From assembly GCA_030390025.1 (NCBI GenBank), contig CM059427.1, positions 132,122,001 to 132,186,000 on the forward strand: DNA of 64,000 nt, given 5' to 3'. The notes below the pieces were generated by a model that was not told where the DNA came from, ran no database searches, and worked only from the letters and a program-made list of their open reading frames with translations. This stretch comes from Squalus acanthias. Lineage: Eukaryota. Shown piece by piece: positions 22,889 through 35,870 of the stretch. Position numbers and translations under genes: made by a program. Each line of letters begins with the position of its first letter. Within the stretch, counting starts at the first letter, position 1.

Positions 22889-23189
22889 GGGTAGATAAGT
22901 GTAACCATGGAGACAACCTCTCTGAACTAAAGAGGTGGATAGTTCATACAGCCCAGGTGATAGACAAGTGACTGTGACAAGCAGAAACCACAGTCAAAGC
23001 GTATGTCTGCGTTTTTTCTAAATAATATGCGAACATGCAAAAACAACATGTTGATCTTTGCGGTTTTCAAGTATAAAAGCAACTCGCTTCTTGCTGTAAA
23101 GACAGAAATCCTCTTGACCCTCGTGGAACGGAGATTTCTCCCTGTGCACTTGAATAAAGCGATCGTTGTACCGTACCGAAGTCTCCGCT

Positions 23190-25830
23190 GAGTTGACTCC
23201 ACCAGAGGAGGAGGCCCTGGAGATACCATGAGTTGCAGAGCTGCTAGTGGTGGGAGATGGAGAGAGGAGGAAATCCCAGCAACCTGGTGACAGAATTACA
23301 TCTCATACAGCCACATGGCATACAGCAGTCACTCATATGGTGACTGATGTCAGCAGCCGGTAAATTTTCATCATATGCATAATGGTAACTTTACCCATTC
23401 TTAATATAACACTTCTAAATCCTCACTTTACTCTATCATAGGTCTATCAAGTGGCCACACCACTGTCCAGCTGCAGGAGGAAGAAAGCCCTTCAGAGGAC
23501 CTCCAGCCTATGAGGGTGCATGTAAGCAGACCCAAGCGCACCCAGCACCAGCGCAGATACACACACCTCGGTGCGTCCTTTGTGCCATAGAGTAGAGTTG
23601 TCACTTGGTGTCTCACAATTCACAAGTGAGCAAGAGCAGATGGTGGAGACAGGGACGGCAGTGGAGACTCCTCGCTGGAGGGCGCAGGACACTCCCAGCT
23701 CTGCTCAGCTACATGCAGACGCTGAGCCTCGGGGGCCATTGAGAAAGAGGGTGATCTTGGATGGGCAGCAACAATTTGGAGGAATCCATCTCCAACATGA
23801 GCACCACCATCTCACAGGCGATGGCGACGATGTGCTCTTCCATGGAAAGGATGGCCACCTGCAAGGAGCAGCAAATGCGCCAGTCACATCAGCACATGCT
23901 AGTTGTGGACAACAGATGGCAGACGCTCATAGACCTCATCTCTAGGAGGGATATAAACGTAGAATTGGGCGTTCAGTACCCCACTGCTGTGCAGCAAGGT
24001 GCTCTCCAGCTCCTTGCTAGCAGGGAAGTGTGGGTGACCCATGAGAGGGATGATGGTGAGAGGGGACATGGAAGATGGGGCTCTTCTGAAAGTGCTCCCA
24101 CTTCTCCCCCATTGCCTCCCCCTCAGTCAGAGCCCCACATGCTTCCTCGGATCGCGATGGCCGAATCTGCCCCTGCACAGTTGCAGGAGGAGTAGTCTTT
24201 GGTGGGGCCCTCACAGGCTCCAAAACCCAGAGGACGTCCACCAAAAATGTCTAACCAGTTGCAGCAAGGAATTGAGCAGCCTGCCTCTACCTCTGCTGAA
24301 GCCACAGGGGTTGCACCTCGTAGAAGCACTCGGAAAAGAAAAAAGACACAAAAGTAGATGCACAAGGGTATGCACATGGGTGTATGAAAAAATGTTAGTG
24401 TTAAATTTCAGTTATTTTGATGACACAGATAAATGTATTTCTTTCCGCCACTTCCTGGTCTGGTCCATTTTTACCTGCTACCGTGGAAGTGGATTTGTCA
24501 CTTGGAGTGAATGGTGAGACATTGTAGGGATGCTTTATGGTGTTGTTGCAGGGGGTGGGGGAGGGATTTAGTACAGCTTGTGGCAGCCATATGGGTGCAT
24601 TGGAGCAAGTTAAGTAAATCTGGCCATGATGAGGCTAACCGGGGCCTCCCAGGCAGCAATGTGTGCCGCTGCTGGTGCCATCTCCACCTCAGGTTTGTCG
24701 TCCTCCTCATCTTCCACCTGTTCCTCCTCCTCCTCCGCCTCAGAAGAGGCTGTGCGCATTGTGCCTTGCTCCTCCTGCAGCACCAATCCTCGCTGCTGAG
24801 TTATGTTGTGCAGCACACAGCAAATGACAATGATTCTGGAGAACCTGGCTGGTGCATACTGAAGGACTCCTCCAGATCTGTCAAGGCATCTGAAGCGCAT
24901 CTTCAGCATGCCTATTGCTTGCTCTATGACACATCTGGTGGACATGCGGCAGTCATTATAATGCTCCCCAGCCTCAGTACTTGGCGTCCTCAAGGGTGTC
25001 TTGAGCCACATCTTCAGTGGATAGCCCTTGTCTCCAAGCAGCCAGCCGGTAAGTCTGTTTGGAGGGGTGAAGAGCTGAGGGAGGGTGGACTGGCGCAGCA
25101 TGAGAGAGTCATGGCAGCTGCCAGGGAAATCTTTTTAAGGTTGCAGACGAGGTGCATAATGAGGGAGTGGAAGCCCTTGCGATTCACAAACACTCCTGGG
25201 TGATGAGGGAGTGCCTCAGGGCCACATGTATGCAGTCGATGATGCCCTGCACCTGTGGGAAGCCATCCAGAGCTGCAAAGCCGAATGCCCGCACAGTAAC
25301 ACTGGCTTCATCAGAGGCAAAGTTGACATAATTGGCTGACTTGTGAAACATGGCATCGGTTACCTCGGTGATGCATCTGTGGGGACCAAGGAGAGACAGT
25401 ATAAGCGGCACCCATGCTGATGTAGTAGATGGCAGGTCAAGCGGTGATCAGAGGGCCAATCCCTCAATGTTCTGATATTGAGTAGCAATGTGGTAAGAGT
25501 GGCTTCCAAGGTTGCAGAAGTGACTTGCAAACTGCTGACACCTTAATCTGTTGACTAAATGGAGTCAGCAAGAGCCTTTCCATGAGGCAAGTAATGAGGT
25601 GTAATGTGGACGTATTTATGTGCTTTTCCCAGCTCTCAACAAGTGGACTCGCCAATGGCCACTGAGCTTCTGCCTCCCTTTCACAGGCGAGGTTCCCGAG
25701 CTGCGTGAATCCCGTGCTCCTGCAGTTAAAGTCGAAAGCTGGTGTTAAAATCCCTCTAAAGGGTCTCTCAACAAGCAGTTAATTACTTGAATGAGGTCGC
25801 CCGCATCTGCCGATCGGGTCCATGGCATGC
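23190..25830. mobile_element. Second, decayed Harbinger (Myb-protein exons 2-3 on +, transposase on - at ~24610-25380)
   Basis: TRGGGP, SAPSTSADTHTS, KPRGRPPK...RRSTRKRKK* on +; [33 protein letters not shown] on -. Termini not clearly resolved. Confidence 0.85.
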
Positions 25831-25923
25831 TTTCAAACAATCCATCAGACCCCAATGTTTTCTGATGAGGAGTAATGAATATTGCCCCACAACCCACTCA
25901 TGTCCATTCACAATGCACTGTCT

Positions 25924-26768
25924 GGGCTGGATTTTGCCAGCCCTGGGGAGGCGGGTTTGGAGGCGGGACTGCCGGGAAAATGGCAGAATTTGGGGGTAGG
26001 TACCCATCCCGCCCCCAACCCACCTCCGTGTCATCTTCCCAGGAGGCGGGTAGCCGAATCGCGCCGGGTCCCATCTCCTGGAGGTGGGAAGGGGATTACA
26101 GCCACTTAACTGCCTGTTAACAGGTAGTTAACAGGAAGTTAAGAGGATTATCCTCATTTTTCCAACAGAGGCGCGGGCTTCCCGACGTCGGGAAACTCCG
26201 ACAGGGTCACCGAGGCGAGCAGTGGGTCTGCGGGGGTCAGAGGGGTGCAAAAGTGCGCTGTGGAGGTAAGTGATGGGTGCAAGTGTGGAGAAGTGAGTAT
26301 GTGAGCTGAGTGAAAAGTGATAGAAAATGTTTACTTACCTTTGTTTCTTCCTGCAGGCTTCAATCGTTGGGGAACCGGAGACTCCCTCATCTCACAGGCA
26401 GAGATGACAGATGGCTGCTGCATTCTCCGATGCAACAGCCATCTGATTTCTGCTCACAAAAGAGATTTGATGAGTCTTGAATACAAGGACTCATCAAACA
26501 ACAGAGAATGTTAGTGTTTGACAGCTTCACAGAGCTGTCAAACGATGACAATTCATCTGTCAAAAAGTATTGACAGATGAAACGTCATACGTTGATGTTC
26601 TCTGTAAATGGCTTCCCCTTAATTGGCCTGCTAAGCCCGCTGAGCGGGCTTAACAAGGGCTATCAAGGGAAAATAGCGTGGGTTGGCCACAAGTCGATGG
26701 AGGCGGGACTAAAACCTGACAAGCAGCAGTCCCGCCTCCAATGTGCCCCCATTGGCAAAATCACCCCC
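25924..26768. mobile_element. Non-autonomous Harbinger element
   Basis: GGGCTGGATTTTGCC ... GGCAAAATCACCCCC termini; internal sequence is the reverse-orientation relative of 20469-21303. Confidence 0.8.
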
Positions 26769-26869
26769 TCAGTGTCTGTAGTCAGTAATGAATATTGTAG
26801 AAGCTTTCAAATATAATTTTACTGTGTGCTTAAACAGCAACTACTAGGTACAGGTGGCCAAGGGCATAA

Positions 26870-28645
26870 TCATCTTTCTCCAGTTTCTCTCCGATCTCCC
26901 ATCGTGACCGCTCCGTGCTCATCTTGTCCATGAGACCCATTCCTGTTCCCTCGACCCTATTCCCACCAAACTGCTGACCACCCAACTTCCTTTTCTGGCT
27001 CTGATGTTAGCTGACATTGTTAACGGTTCTCTCTCCTCAGATACTGTCTCCCTCTCCCTCAAATCTGCTGTCATCACCCCTCTCCTCAAAAAAACATCCC
27101 TTGACACATTCGTCCTTGCAAACTACCACCCCATCTCCAACCTCCTTTTCCTCTCCAAAGTCCTTGAACGTGTTGTCACCTCCCAAATCCGTGCCCATCT
27201 TTCTCGCATCTCCATGTTTGAATCCTTCCAATCAGGTTTCGGCCCCTGCCACAGTACTGAAACAGCTCTCATTAAACTCACAAATGACATCCTTTGTGAC
27301 TGTGACAAAGGTAAACTATCCCTCCTCATCCTTCTTGACTTGTCTGCAGCCTTTGACACGGTTGACCACTCCATCCTTCTCCAACGCCTCTCCACCGTCG
27401 TCCAGCTGGGTGGGACTGCACTCGCCTGGTTCCATTCTTATCTATCTAATCGTAATCAGAGAATCACCTGCAATGGCTTCTCTTCCCACTCCCGCATCGT
27501 TACCTCTGGTGTCCCCGAAGGATCTATCCTTGGCCCCCTCCTAGTTCTCATCTATATGCTGCCCCTTGACGACATCATCCGAAAACACAGCGTCAGTTTC
27601 TACATGTACGCAGATGACACCCTGCTCTACTTCACTAACACTTCTCTAGACCCCTCCACGGTCTCTAAATTGTCAGACTGCTTGTCCGACATCCAGTTCT
27701 GGATGAGCAGAAATTTTCTCCAATTAAATATTGGGAAGACCGAAGCTATTGTTTTTGGTTGACGCCACAAATTCCGTTCCCTAGGCACTGACTCCATCCC
27801 TCTCCCGAACATCAGTCTGAGGCTGAACCACACTGTTCGCAACCTTGGTGTCATATTTGATCCTGAAATGAGCTTCCAACCACAAATCCGCAGCATAACT
27901 AAGACCGCCTATTTCCACCTCCATAACATCGCCCGTCTCCGCCCTTGCCTCAGCTCATCCGCTGCTGAAACCCTCATCTATACCTTTGTTACCTCTAGAC
28001 TTGACTATTCCAACGCACTCCTGGCTGGCCTCCCACATTCAACCCTACGTAAACTTGAGGTCATCCAAAACCCTGCTGCCCGTGTCCTAACTCGCACCAA
28101 GTCCCGTTCACCCATCACCCCTGTGCTCGCTGACCTACATTGGCTCCCGGTTAAGCAACGCCTCAAAATTTAAATGGAGGCGGGATGGAGGGTGGGCAAC
28201 CAACCTGCTCCCAGGAGATGGGTTGTTCATTTAAATATTTAAAAATTCTCATCCTTGTTTTCAATTGCCTCTATGGCTTCGCCCCTCCCTATCTCTGTAA
28301 TCTCCTTCAACGCCCCCCCGAGATATCTGCGCTCCTCTAATTCTGCCCTCTTGAGCATCCTGATAATAATCGCTCAACCATTGGTGGCCGTGCCTTCTGT
28401 TGCCTAGGCCCTAAGCTCTGGAATTCCCGGCCTAAACCTCTCTGCCTCTCTACCTCTCTTTCCTCCTTTAAGATGCTCATTAAAACCTACCTCTTTGACC
28501 AAGCTTTTTGTCACATGTCCTAATTTCTCCTTGTGTGGCTCGGTGTCAAATTTTTTGTCTTACAATACTTCTGTGAAGCGCCTTGGGACGTTTTACTATG
28601 TTAAAGGCGCTATATAAATACAAGTTGTTGTTGTTGTTGTTGTTA
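26870..28645 (+). mobile_element. L2-clade LINE (RT to 3' tail)
   Basis: LILLDLSAAFDTVDH, GVP.GSILGP, YADDT, SRLDYSNALL; ends ATAAATACAAG(TTG)n. Confidence 0.92.
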
Positions 28646-29597
28646 AAGACCGATGATGCATTTCCAGAATTTTCTGTTTCCATTTTGCAGTAGCATTGTT
28701 TTTTGGGGACAGGATTTTTCCCAATGCTACTGATTATATTAATGTCCTATAACACGCTGTGTTTCTACATTGCATTTGTTTAAATAAAATGGACTTGCTC
28801 AAAGGTGATGACTTTTCAATACATTGTTAATGAACAAAAATCCATGAACCACTGCACCTGATTGTGTGCAACTCAGATTGGAATCATATCATAAAATTAG
28901 AGCACAGCAGTCCTCAGAACACCTGGTCTGAACTACAAAGACAAAAATTGTACATAAGATGGCCTGAGTTAGAATCACAGAACGCTACAGCACAGAAAGA
29001 GGCCATTGGGCCCATTAAGTCTGCACTGGTGTTTTTCTCTATATAAATAGTACTCTAATCCCACTCTCCTGCTGACTCTCCTCTAATAGTTATTTTTTCC
29101 AAGTAGCTATCTAACTCCCTGTTAAAAATAATTTATGCATTTAGTTTCAACGAAGGTTTGTAGCTGAGAATTCCATATTCTAACCACCCTTCGTGTAAAC
29201 AACTATTTCTAACCTCCCCTTTATCGTATGGTAAATGGTGATAGATTGTTTCCACCGGTCAGTAAGATGGTAATGCGGGGACACAAATTTAAGACAATTA
29301 CAATTAACCCCCATTAACGGCTGGGTTTGTGTCGGGTGGAATGTTAAAATGTTAAATTTTCAAACCTAAACCAACCCACCTTGAACCTGCCCACTTCTGG
29401 TTTTAACGGAGAAGGGATTGGGGGGGGGGGGGGCAACCAACCTGCTCCCAGGAGGCGGGTCACTCATTTAAATATTTTCATGAGGCTGCATGCCTCAAAA
29501 TTTTATCTCCATTTTAGCTTTAACAATGGCCGGCCAAGTTCCCTGGTCCTCGGGAAACCCGGCAGCTAAAGGGAGGGGAGGACTGCTGGATCCAGCA

Positions 29598-30995
29598 GGT
29601 AAGTTCTTTGAGGAAGTAACATATAGAGTGGATAAAGGGGAACCAGTGGACGTAGTGTATTTAGACTTCCAAAAGGCATTTGACAAGGTGCCACACAAAA
29701 GATTATTGCTTAAGGTAAAAAATCACGGGATTGGGGGTAATATTCTGGCATGGATAGAGGATTGGCTATCTAACAGAAAGCAAAGAGTTGGGATAAATGG
29801 TTCATTCTCAGACTGGCAATCAGTAACTAGTGGTGTTCCACAGGGGTCAGTGCTGGGTCCCCAACTCTTTACAATCTATATTAACGATTTGGAGGAAGGG
29901 ACCAAGTGTAACATATCAAAATTTGCAGATGATACTAAGATGGGAGGGAAAGTAGTGAGTGAGGAGGACATAAAAAACCTGCAAGGGGACATAGACAGGC
30001 TAAGTAAGTGGGCAGAGATTTGGCAGATGGAATACAACACTGGAAAGTGTGAGGTGATGCACTTTGGCAGGAAAAATCCTAGAGCAATTTATTATCTTAA
30101 TGGCAAGAAACTGGAGAGTACTGAAGTGCAAAGGGATCTGGGGGTCCTGGTGCACGAAACTCAAAAGGATAGTATGCAGGTGCAGCAAGTGATTAAGAAG
30201 GCAAATGGAATGTTGGCTTTCATTGCTAGGGGGATAGAATATAAAAATAGGGAGGTATTGCTTCAGTTGTACAAGGTATTGGTGAGACCGCACCTGGAAT
30301 ACTGCATACAGTTTTGGTGTCCTTACTTAAGGAAAGACATCCTTGCTCTCGAGGCAGTGCAAAAAAGGTTCACTCGGTTAATCCCGGGGATGAGGGGGTG
30401 GTCATATGAGGAGAGGTTGGGTAGATTGGGACTCTACTCATTGGAGTTCAGAAGAATGAGAGGCGATCTTATTGAAACATATAAGATTGTGAAGGGGTTG
30501 GATCGGGTGGATGCGGGGAGGATGTTCCCGATGACGGGTGAGACGAGAACTAGGGGACATAGTCTTAGAATAAGGGGCTGCTCTTTCAAAACTGAGATGA
30601 GGAGGAACTACTTCACTCAGAGGGTGGTAGGTCCATGGAATATGCTGCCACAAAAAGCTGTAGAAGCTACAACATTAATTAAATTTAAAACAGAAATAGA
30701 CAGTTTCCTAGAAGTAAAGGGCATTAAGGGTTACGGGGAGCGGGCAGGAATTTGGACATGAGTCTAGGTTCGGATCGGTCATGGCCCTGTGGGTAGTGGA
30801 GCGGGCCCAGGGACTGTGTAGCCTGATTCTGCTCCTATTTTGTGTGTGCAATTCTGTTAGATGCAGGAGATGGTTCTGTGATAGATAGTAGATTGGCGGT
30901 TAGGATCAGATCAGCCATGATCTTATTGAATGGCGGAGCAGGCTCGAGGGGCCGATTGGCCTACTCCTGCTCCTATTTCTTATGTTCTTATGTTC
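29598..30995 (+). mobile_element. Young CR1 (open RT C-terminal frame to 30761) followed by a second CR1 3' end
   Basis: YLDFQKAFDKVPH, PQGSVLGP, FADDTK without stops. Confidence 0.92.
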
Positions 30996-31139
30996 TTAAG
31001 TGCCTTGTGGGCCAGGAGGAGCAGGAGCGCTTCCCCACTGGCCCTCAGGCTTACCTGTAAACCACTCCCACAATCAGCCAGCCCTACCCGCAATTGGGCA
31101 CCCCCGAGCCTTGATGTCCCCACGAGCCATAATCTCCCA

Positions 31140-33218
31140 TGGACCTGGTCTTTCTGATCTCCGCACCCCCCCCACTCCCGGTCTTTCCAACCCCCCCCCC
31201 TCTCTCCTCTGCGCTCCCCGGCTGCGGCCTCCAAACTCCACCCCCACCCCTCTGGCCTCTGTTCTTCCCCCAGCCTTTCCAAACTCCCCCTGGCCTATCC
31301 GATCTCCCCTCAGCCTTTCTGATCTCCCCCTGGCCTCTAATTTTCTACTCGGCTTCCGATCTCCCCCACTCCAGCCTCCAATCTACCCCTGCTCCAACCT
31401 CCAATCTCTCCCCTGCTGGCCTCCTATCTCCCTTTCTTCCGGCCTCCTTTCTTCCCCCTCTCCAGCCTCCGATCTTCCCCCTCTGGCCTCCGATTCCACC
31501 CCCCTCCACCTTCCGTCTTCTGATTTCTTCGCCCCCCCAGCCTTTCCGATCCCTCCCTCCATCCTCTCTGCTCCCCGGCTAAGGCCTGGTGCCGAAGGCC
31601 TACCCACCTGACAGCCAGCCAGCCTCTCAACCTGGCTACCTGCGGCTGGGAAACGGAGACACAAAATGTTAATCAGGTTCTGCTGTTAAATTCGGCAGGA
31701 CCTGAGGGAAACCTGTTCTTCTGGGTTTCCCGACGCAAAACAGCGGCCCGCTCCCTCCCCATAAATATCCAGGCCTCTGCTTCTGCAATATACTCAATTT
31801 TTATATATTTTAAATTGGCACCAATTTCTCCTTTTATTGCTATAATAGAAATCCAAGAATATAACATGAATTAGGCATATATCTGGTATTGCTGGGAACT
31901 GTATTATGTCAGCACTCAGCTGCATAATATTCTTTGCACAAATATACTTCTTACTACTCTACTTCCCAAAATTACTCTCTCTTTTGCTGTTTCACTATAA
32001 GTAATTCAAATCCAGCTGTTATGTACAATTGATGATAGAATCTTTGCCTTAAAGGGGACCTAAGTTAAATCTGTGTGCCTTGCTCCAGGTTCCCCCTGTC
32101 CTCACCTCATGACATACACTTGAGTTTGAGGCACCATGTGCAATGATTTGTATTTGCCATATCTATAAATATTATTATTCCCCTTAATCTCAAAAGAACA
32201 TTGAACTTCCTCAGGGGCTGAGCCTCAATTGAAAATTGACCCTTGCAACACCTCCAATCTCCTCCCCCCCGCCCGCAGCCTCTGATCTCCCCCACTCCAG
32301 CCTCCGATCTCCATCACCCCCACTCCAGCCTCCGATCTCTCCCCCCACTCCGGCCTCCGATCTCCCCCCACCCTGGCCTCCTATCTGCGCCTCTCTAGCC
32401 TCCGATCTTTCCCCCCCCCCTGGCCTCGGATCCCAACCCCCCCCCCCTGCCTTCCGGCCTGTGATTTCCCCCCTCCCCCCCACCCGGCCTTTCCGATCCC
32501 TCCCTCCCTCCTCTCTACTTCCCGGCTGCGGCCTGGTGCTGAAGGCTTACCTGTCGGGCAGCCAGGCAGTCTCTCAGCCTGGCTGGCTGGGAAACGGAGA
32601 CAAAAAATGTTAACCAGATTCCGCTGTTAAATTTGACAGGGCCTGAGGGAAACCTGTTCTTCCGGGCTTCCCGAATGCAAAACAGCCGCTGTCCCACCAA
32701 CCCACCCACCCACCCTGCTCCCTCCCTGCCTCCCCATAATTATCAGGGCCTCTACTTCTGCAACATACTCAATTTGTATGCATCCTTAATTAGCACCAAT
32801 TTCTCCTTTTATTACTAATAATAGAAATCCAATAATATAACACGATTTAGGTATATAGCCGATATTGCTGGGAACTGTATTATGTCAGCACCCAACTGCA
32901 TATTATTCTTAGCACAAATATACTTCTTACTACTCTACTTCCCAAAATTGCTTTCTCTTTTGCTCTTTCACTATAAGTAATTCAAATCCAGCTGTTATGT
33001 ACAATTGATGATAGAATCTTTGCCTTAAAGGGGACCTAAGTTAAATCTGTGTGCCTTGCTCCAGGTTCCCCCTGTCCTCACCTCATGACTTACACTTGAG
33101 TTTGAGTCACCATGTGCAATGACTTGTATTTGCCATATCTATAAATATTATTATTCCCCTTAATCTCAAAAGAACATTGATCTTCCTCATGGGCTGAGCC
33201 TCAATTGAAAATTGACCA
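31140..33218. repeat. Local tandem duplication (~1 kb units: C-rich element end + AT-rich segment)
   Basis: 31780-32250 matches 32750-33218 closely; the C-rich CCTCCGATCTCCCC arrays are repeated. Confidence 0.88.
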
Positions 33219-33219
33219 G

Positions 33220-34797
33220 TGTAGACTTCGCAAAATCCCCCAGAAACTCGAATAGAACCCTAAAGGGGGTGAGTTTTGGATCTTAACACGAATTTGGAAT
33301 GATGGGACCTAAATGAAGGAATTTGAGGTCAAAACCTCAGTTTTGGACATTTTTTAAGGATCAGGGAAGAAAAACCCTGAGGAAAATGACTTTTGGATGA
33401 TAAGACACCTTTTTAAAAGGGCCATTGGGTAAACCTGCAGTCACAGAAACACAGGCTGCAGGAAAGGGTGTGGTGAGGCAGTGGACAGCTTTTGGTTATT
33501 GGGACTGAGCCAAGCTGTCTGGGAGATGTTTGCACTGCAATCCAACCAAGGAGGAAGAGCCTCACCCAAAACCTCACAAACACATCCAAAAAAATGAATA
33601 AACCAAGACCCTTTTTGAAATCCCCAGGTCCAAACAGAATTCCTAACAATAAAACATCCAGCACACAGCTTCACAGCCCATCATCCCATCAAAAACCAAT
33701 TAGCCAAGTATCTACAGGAACAGACTTAACGAGCCCACCAAAAACCTAAGACAAAAGGAGCAAGATTTGGTGCGTAGATAAAGGCCCTGTCTAAATGGGA
33801 GACATCGGAAGTCATCTGGACAAGTTAACATAAAGTTAAAGTCATCAGACTTAACGAGCTTGCCAAAACCTAAGACAATAGAATAAACAGGCCTCAACTG
33901 AAACCTAAATCACTTCAACGAGAAACCGATTTAGTAAAGCAGTTCTGGCGCGAAAACCACAATAGGCCTGAAACAGTATAATTGAGGGCCTAATCCCCCA
34001 AGAAGCAGAGAGTTGCTGGCAGTTCAACACACAGCACACATGACACGAGCAGGAGGAGAGACAAGCAGCCAGGCCACGAGGCAGGCAGACCCGAGGTGAG
34101 ATCGGAGGCAGGACAGACAAGGCCAGGCAAGGGCTAGAACTGGGACCACGAGCTGGGAGCGAGTCGGCATCGCTCAACATACAGTCCAGCTCTAGCAGAC
34201 ACTAGCCAAGGCCACTGGAAGCTGGGAGCAAGTCGGTATCGCTCAACACACGGTCCAGCTCCAGGAGGTACCGCCCCGACAGGCCTCCAACGCAATGAAC
34301 CAACAACAAGAGCCGCCAAGGGCTCCACGAGGCAAACCGACACTTGAAAGTACCGCGAAAACCAGGGCCCCACGCAGCAACCAACTACCAGGCGACACCG
34401 AAAGACCAACACCAGGAAAACCCAAAGACACGCAAGTTTCCACGCTACAAACTATTCCTGACTTACCCCAGGTAAGATTGGTGAGCATTATCCCTGATCC
34501 TCTGGAATTAAACCTAGCTAGGCAGTGGGATTGGGAGGGATAAGGGTTTTTGTATATTGTAATTCTACCTCGCCTGTACCGTGTGTTCCCTAACCTGTGT
34601 TTAAGCATTAAGTGTGTTTTAAGTTTGTTACCTTTTCTTTAATAAAAGTCAAAACTCTTTCATCAAAACCTGTTGTCTACTGCATCTTTGTTCACAACCC
34701 CCAAATAAGTCCAAGGTCTAGAACCAGGGGCGTGGGAGCGATTCGAACCGCTCACTGAGTCAGAGGTGAACCTGACCCCCACACACCACCCCCTACA
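33220..34797 (+). mobile_element. Solo LTR (~1.58 kb)
   Basis: TGTA...TACA ends, AGTATAATT near 33975, AATAAA near 34641; the empty site is visible in the upstream tandem copy (attgacccttgcaacac near 32236). Confidence 0.75.
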
Positions 34798-35059
34798 CCT
34801 TGCAACACTGTTGCTAATCCTTCGTAATATTTTCAAGCAGAAGACCACCTTTGGTCCATCTGTTCCACCTATCCACAGTATCTCCTTGATGCTTCTCTAA
34901 TGATCCTTGCATTGCCATCTGCTACCACTGAGCCCCCCTTTCAGGTCTTAGTGCAAAGTGAATTGAAAACAGGGATTTATCAGAACTACATTTAGGTGGT
35001 CAAGCATTCATGGGTAACCCAAACATACAAAACTGCCAAATATGTCCATGTGCACACTT

Positions 35060-35510
35060 TGTACAAACACTCTTCTCACTACTGTAGGGCATCTCCTTCA
35101 GTTTTACTAGGGCTCCTTGGTGCCAAACTTGGTCGAATGCTGCCTTGATTTTAAGGGCAGTCACTCTCACCTCACTGCTGGAATTCAGCTCTTGTGTGCA
35201 ATGGGCCAAGGCTACAATGAGGTCTGAAGTCGAGTGGGCTTGGTGGAACCCAAACCTCCATGAGCAGGTTATTGGTGAGTAAGTGTTGCTTGATAGCATT
35301 GTTGATGACTCCTTCCATCACTTTGCTGATGACAGGGAGTAGGCTGATTTGCTGGGTTGGATTTGTCCTGCTTTTTGTGGACAGGACAGACCTGGGCACT
35401 TTTCCACATTGTTGGGGAGAAGCCAGTGTTGTAGCTATACTGGAAAAGTTTAGCTAGAGGTGCGACTAGTTCTGGAGCACAGGGCTTCAGCACTACAGCC
35501 GGGAGATTGT
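35060..35510 (-). mobile_element. Decayed non-LTR retrotransposon RT fragment (different family from the main CR1s)
   Basis: CAPELVAPLAKLFQ...WKSAQVCPVHKKQDKSNPAN...ISLLPVISKVMEG...KAAFDQVWH. Confidence 0.75.
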
Positions 35511-35559
35511 ACAAGGGTACATTGGGTGTATGAAGAGTGCAGGAGTAGGTGCATGGAGA

Positions 35560-35870
35560 ACACGGTGGCATAGTGGTTAGCACTGTTGCCTCACAGCGCC
35601 AGGGACCCGGGTTTGAATCCGGCCCCGGATGACTGTCTGTGTGGAGTTTGCACATTCTCCCCGTGTCTGCGTGGGTTTCCTCCGGGTGCTCCGGTTTCCT
35701 CCCACAGTCCAAAGATGTGCGGGTTAGGTTGATTTGGCTATGATAAAAAAAATTGACCCTTAGTGTTAGGGGGATTAAATACGTGGGGTTACGGGGATAG
35801 GGTGGGATATGTGTCGGTGCAGGCTCGATGGGCTGAAATGGCCTCTATCTGCACTGTGGGGATTCTGTGA
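35560..35870 (+). mobile_element. tRNA-derived SINE (HE1/V-SINE-like)
   Basis: Same family as 7580 copy. Confidence 0.85.

Noticed and set aside
29490-30761. 423-aa ORF as a host gene
   Set aside because: It is a 5'-truncated CR1 RT fused by chance to 36 codons of a flanking repeat; no endonuclease or ORF1.
30980-32709. Pro/Ser- and Gly/Arg-rich ORFs
   Set aside because: They derive from C-rich tandem repeats inside a duplicated non-coding element.
35560-35635. tRNA gene
   Set aside because: The A/B boxes belong to a multi-copy SINE head followed by SINE body and tail.
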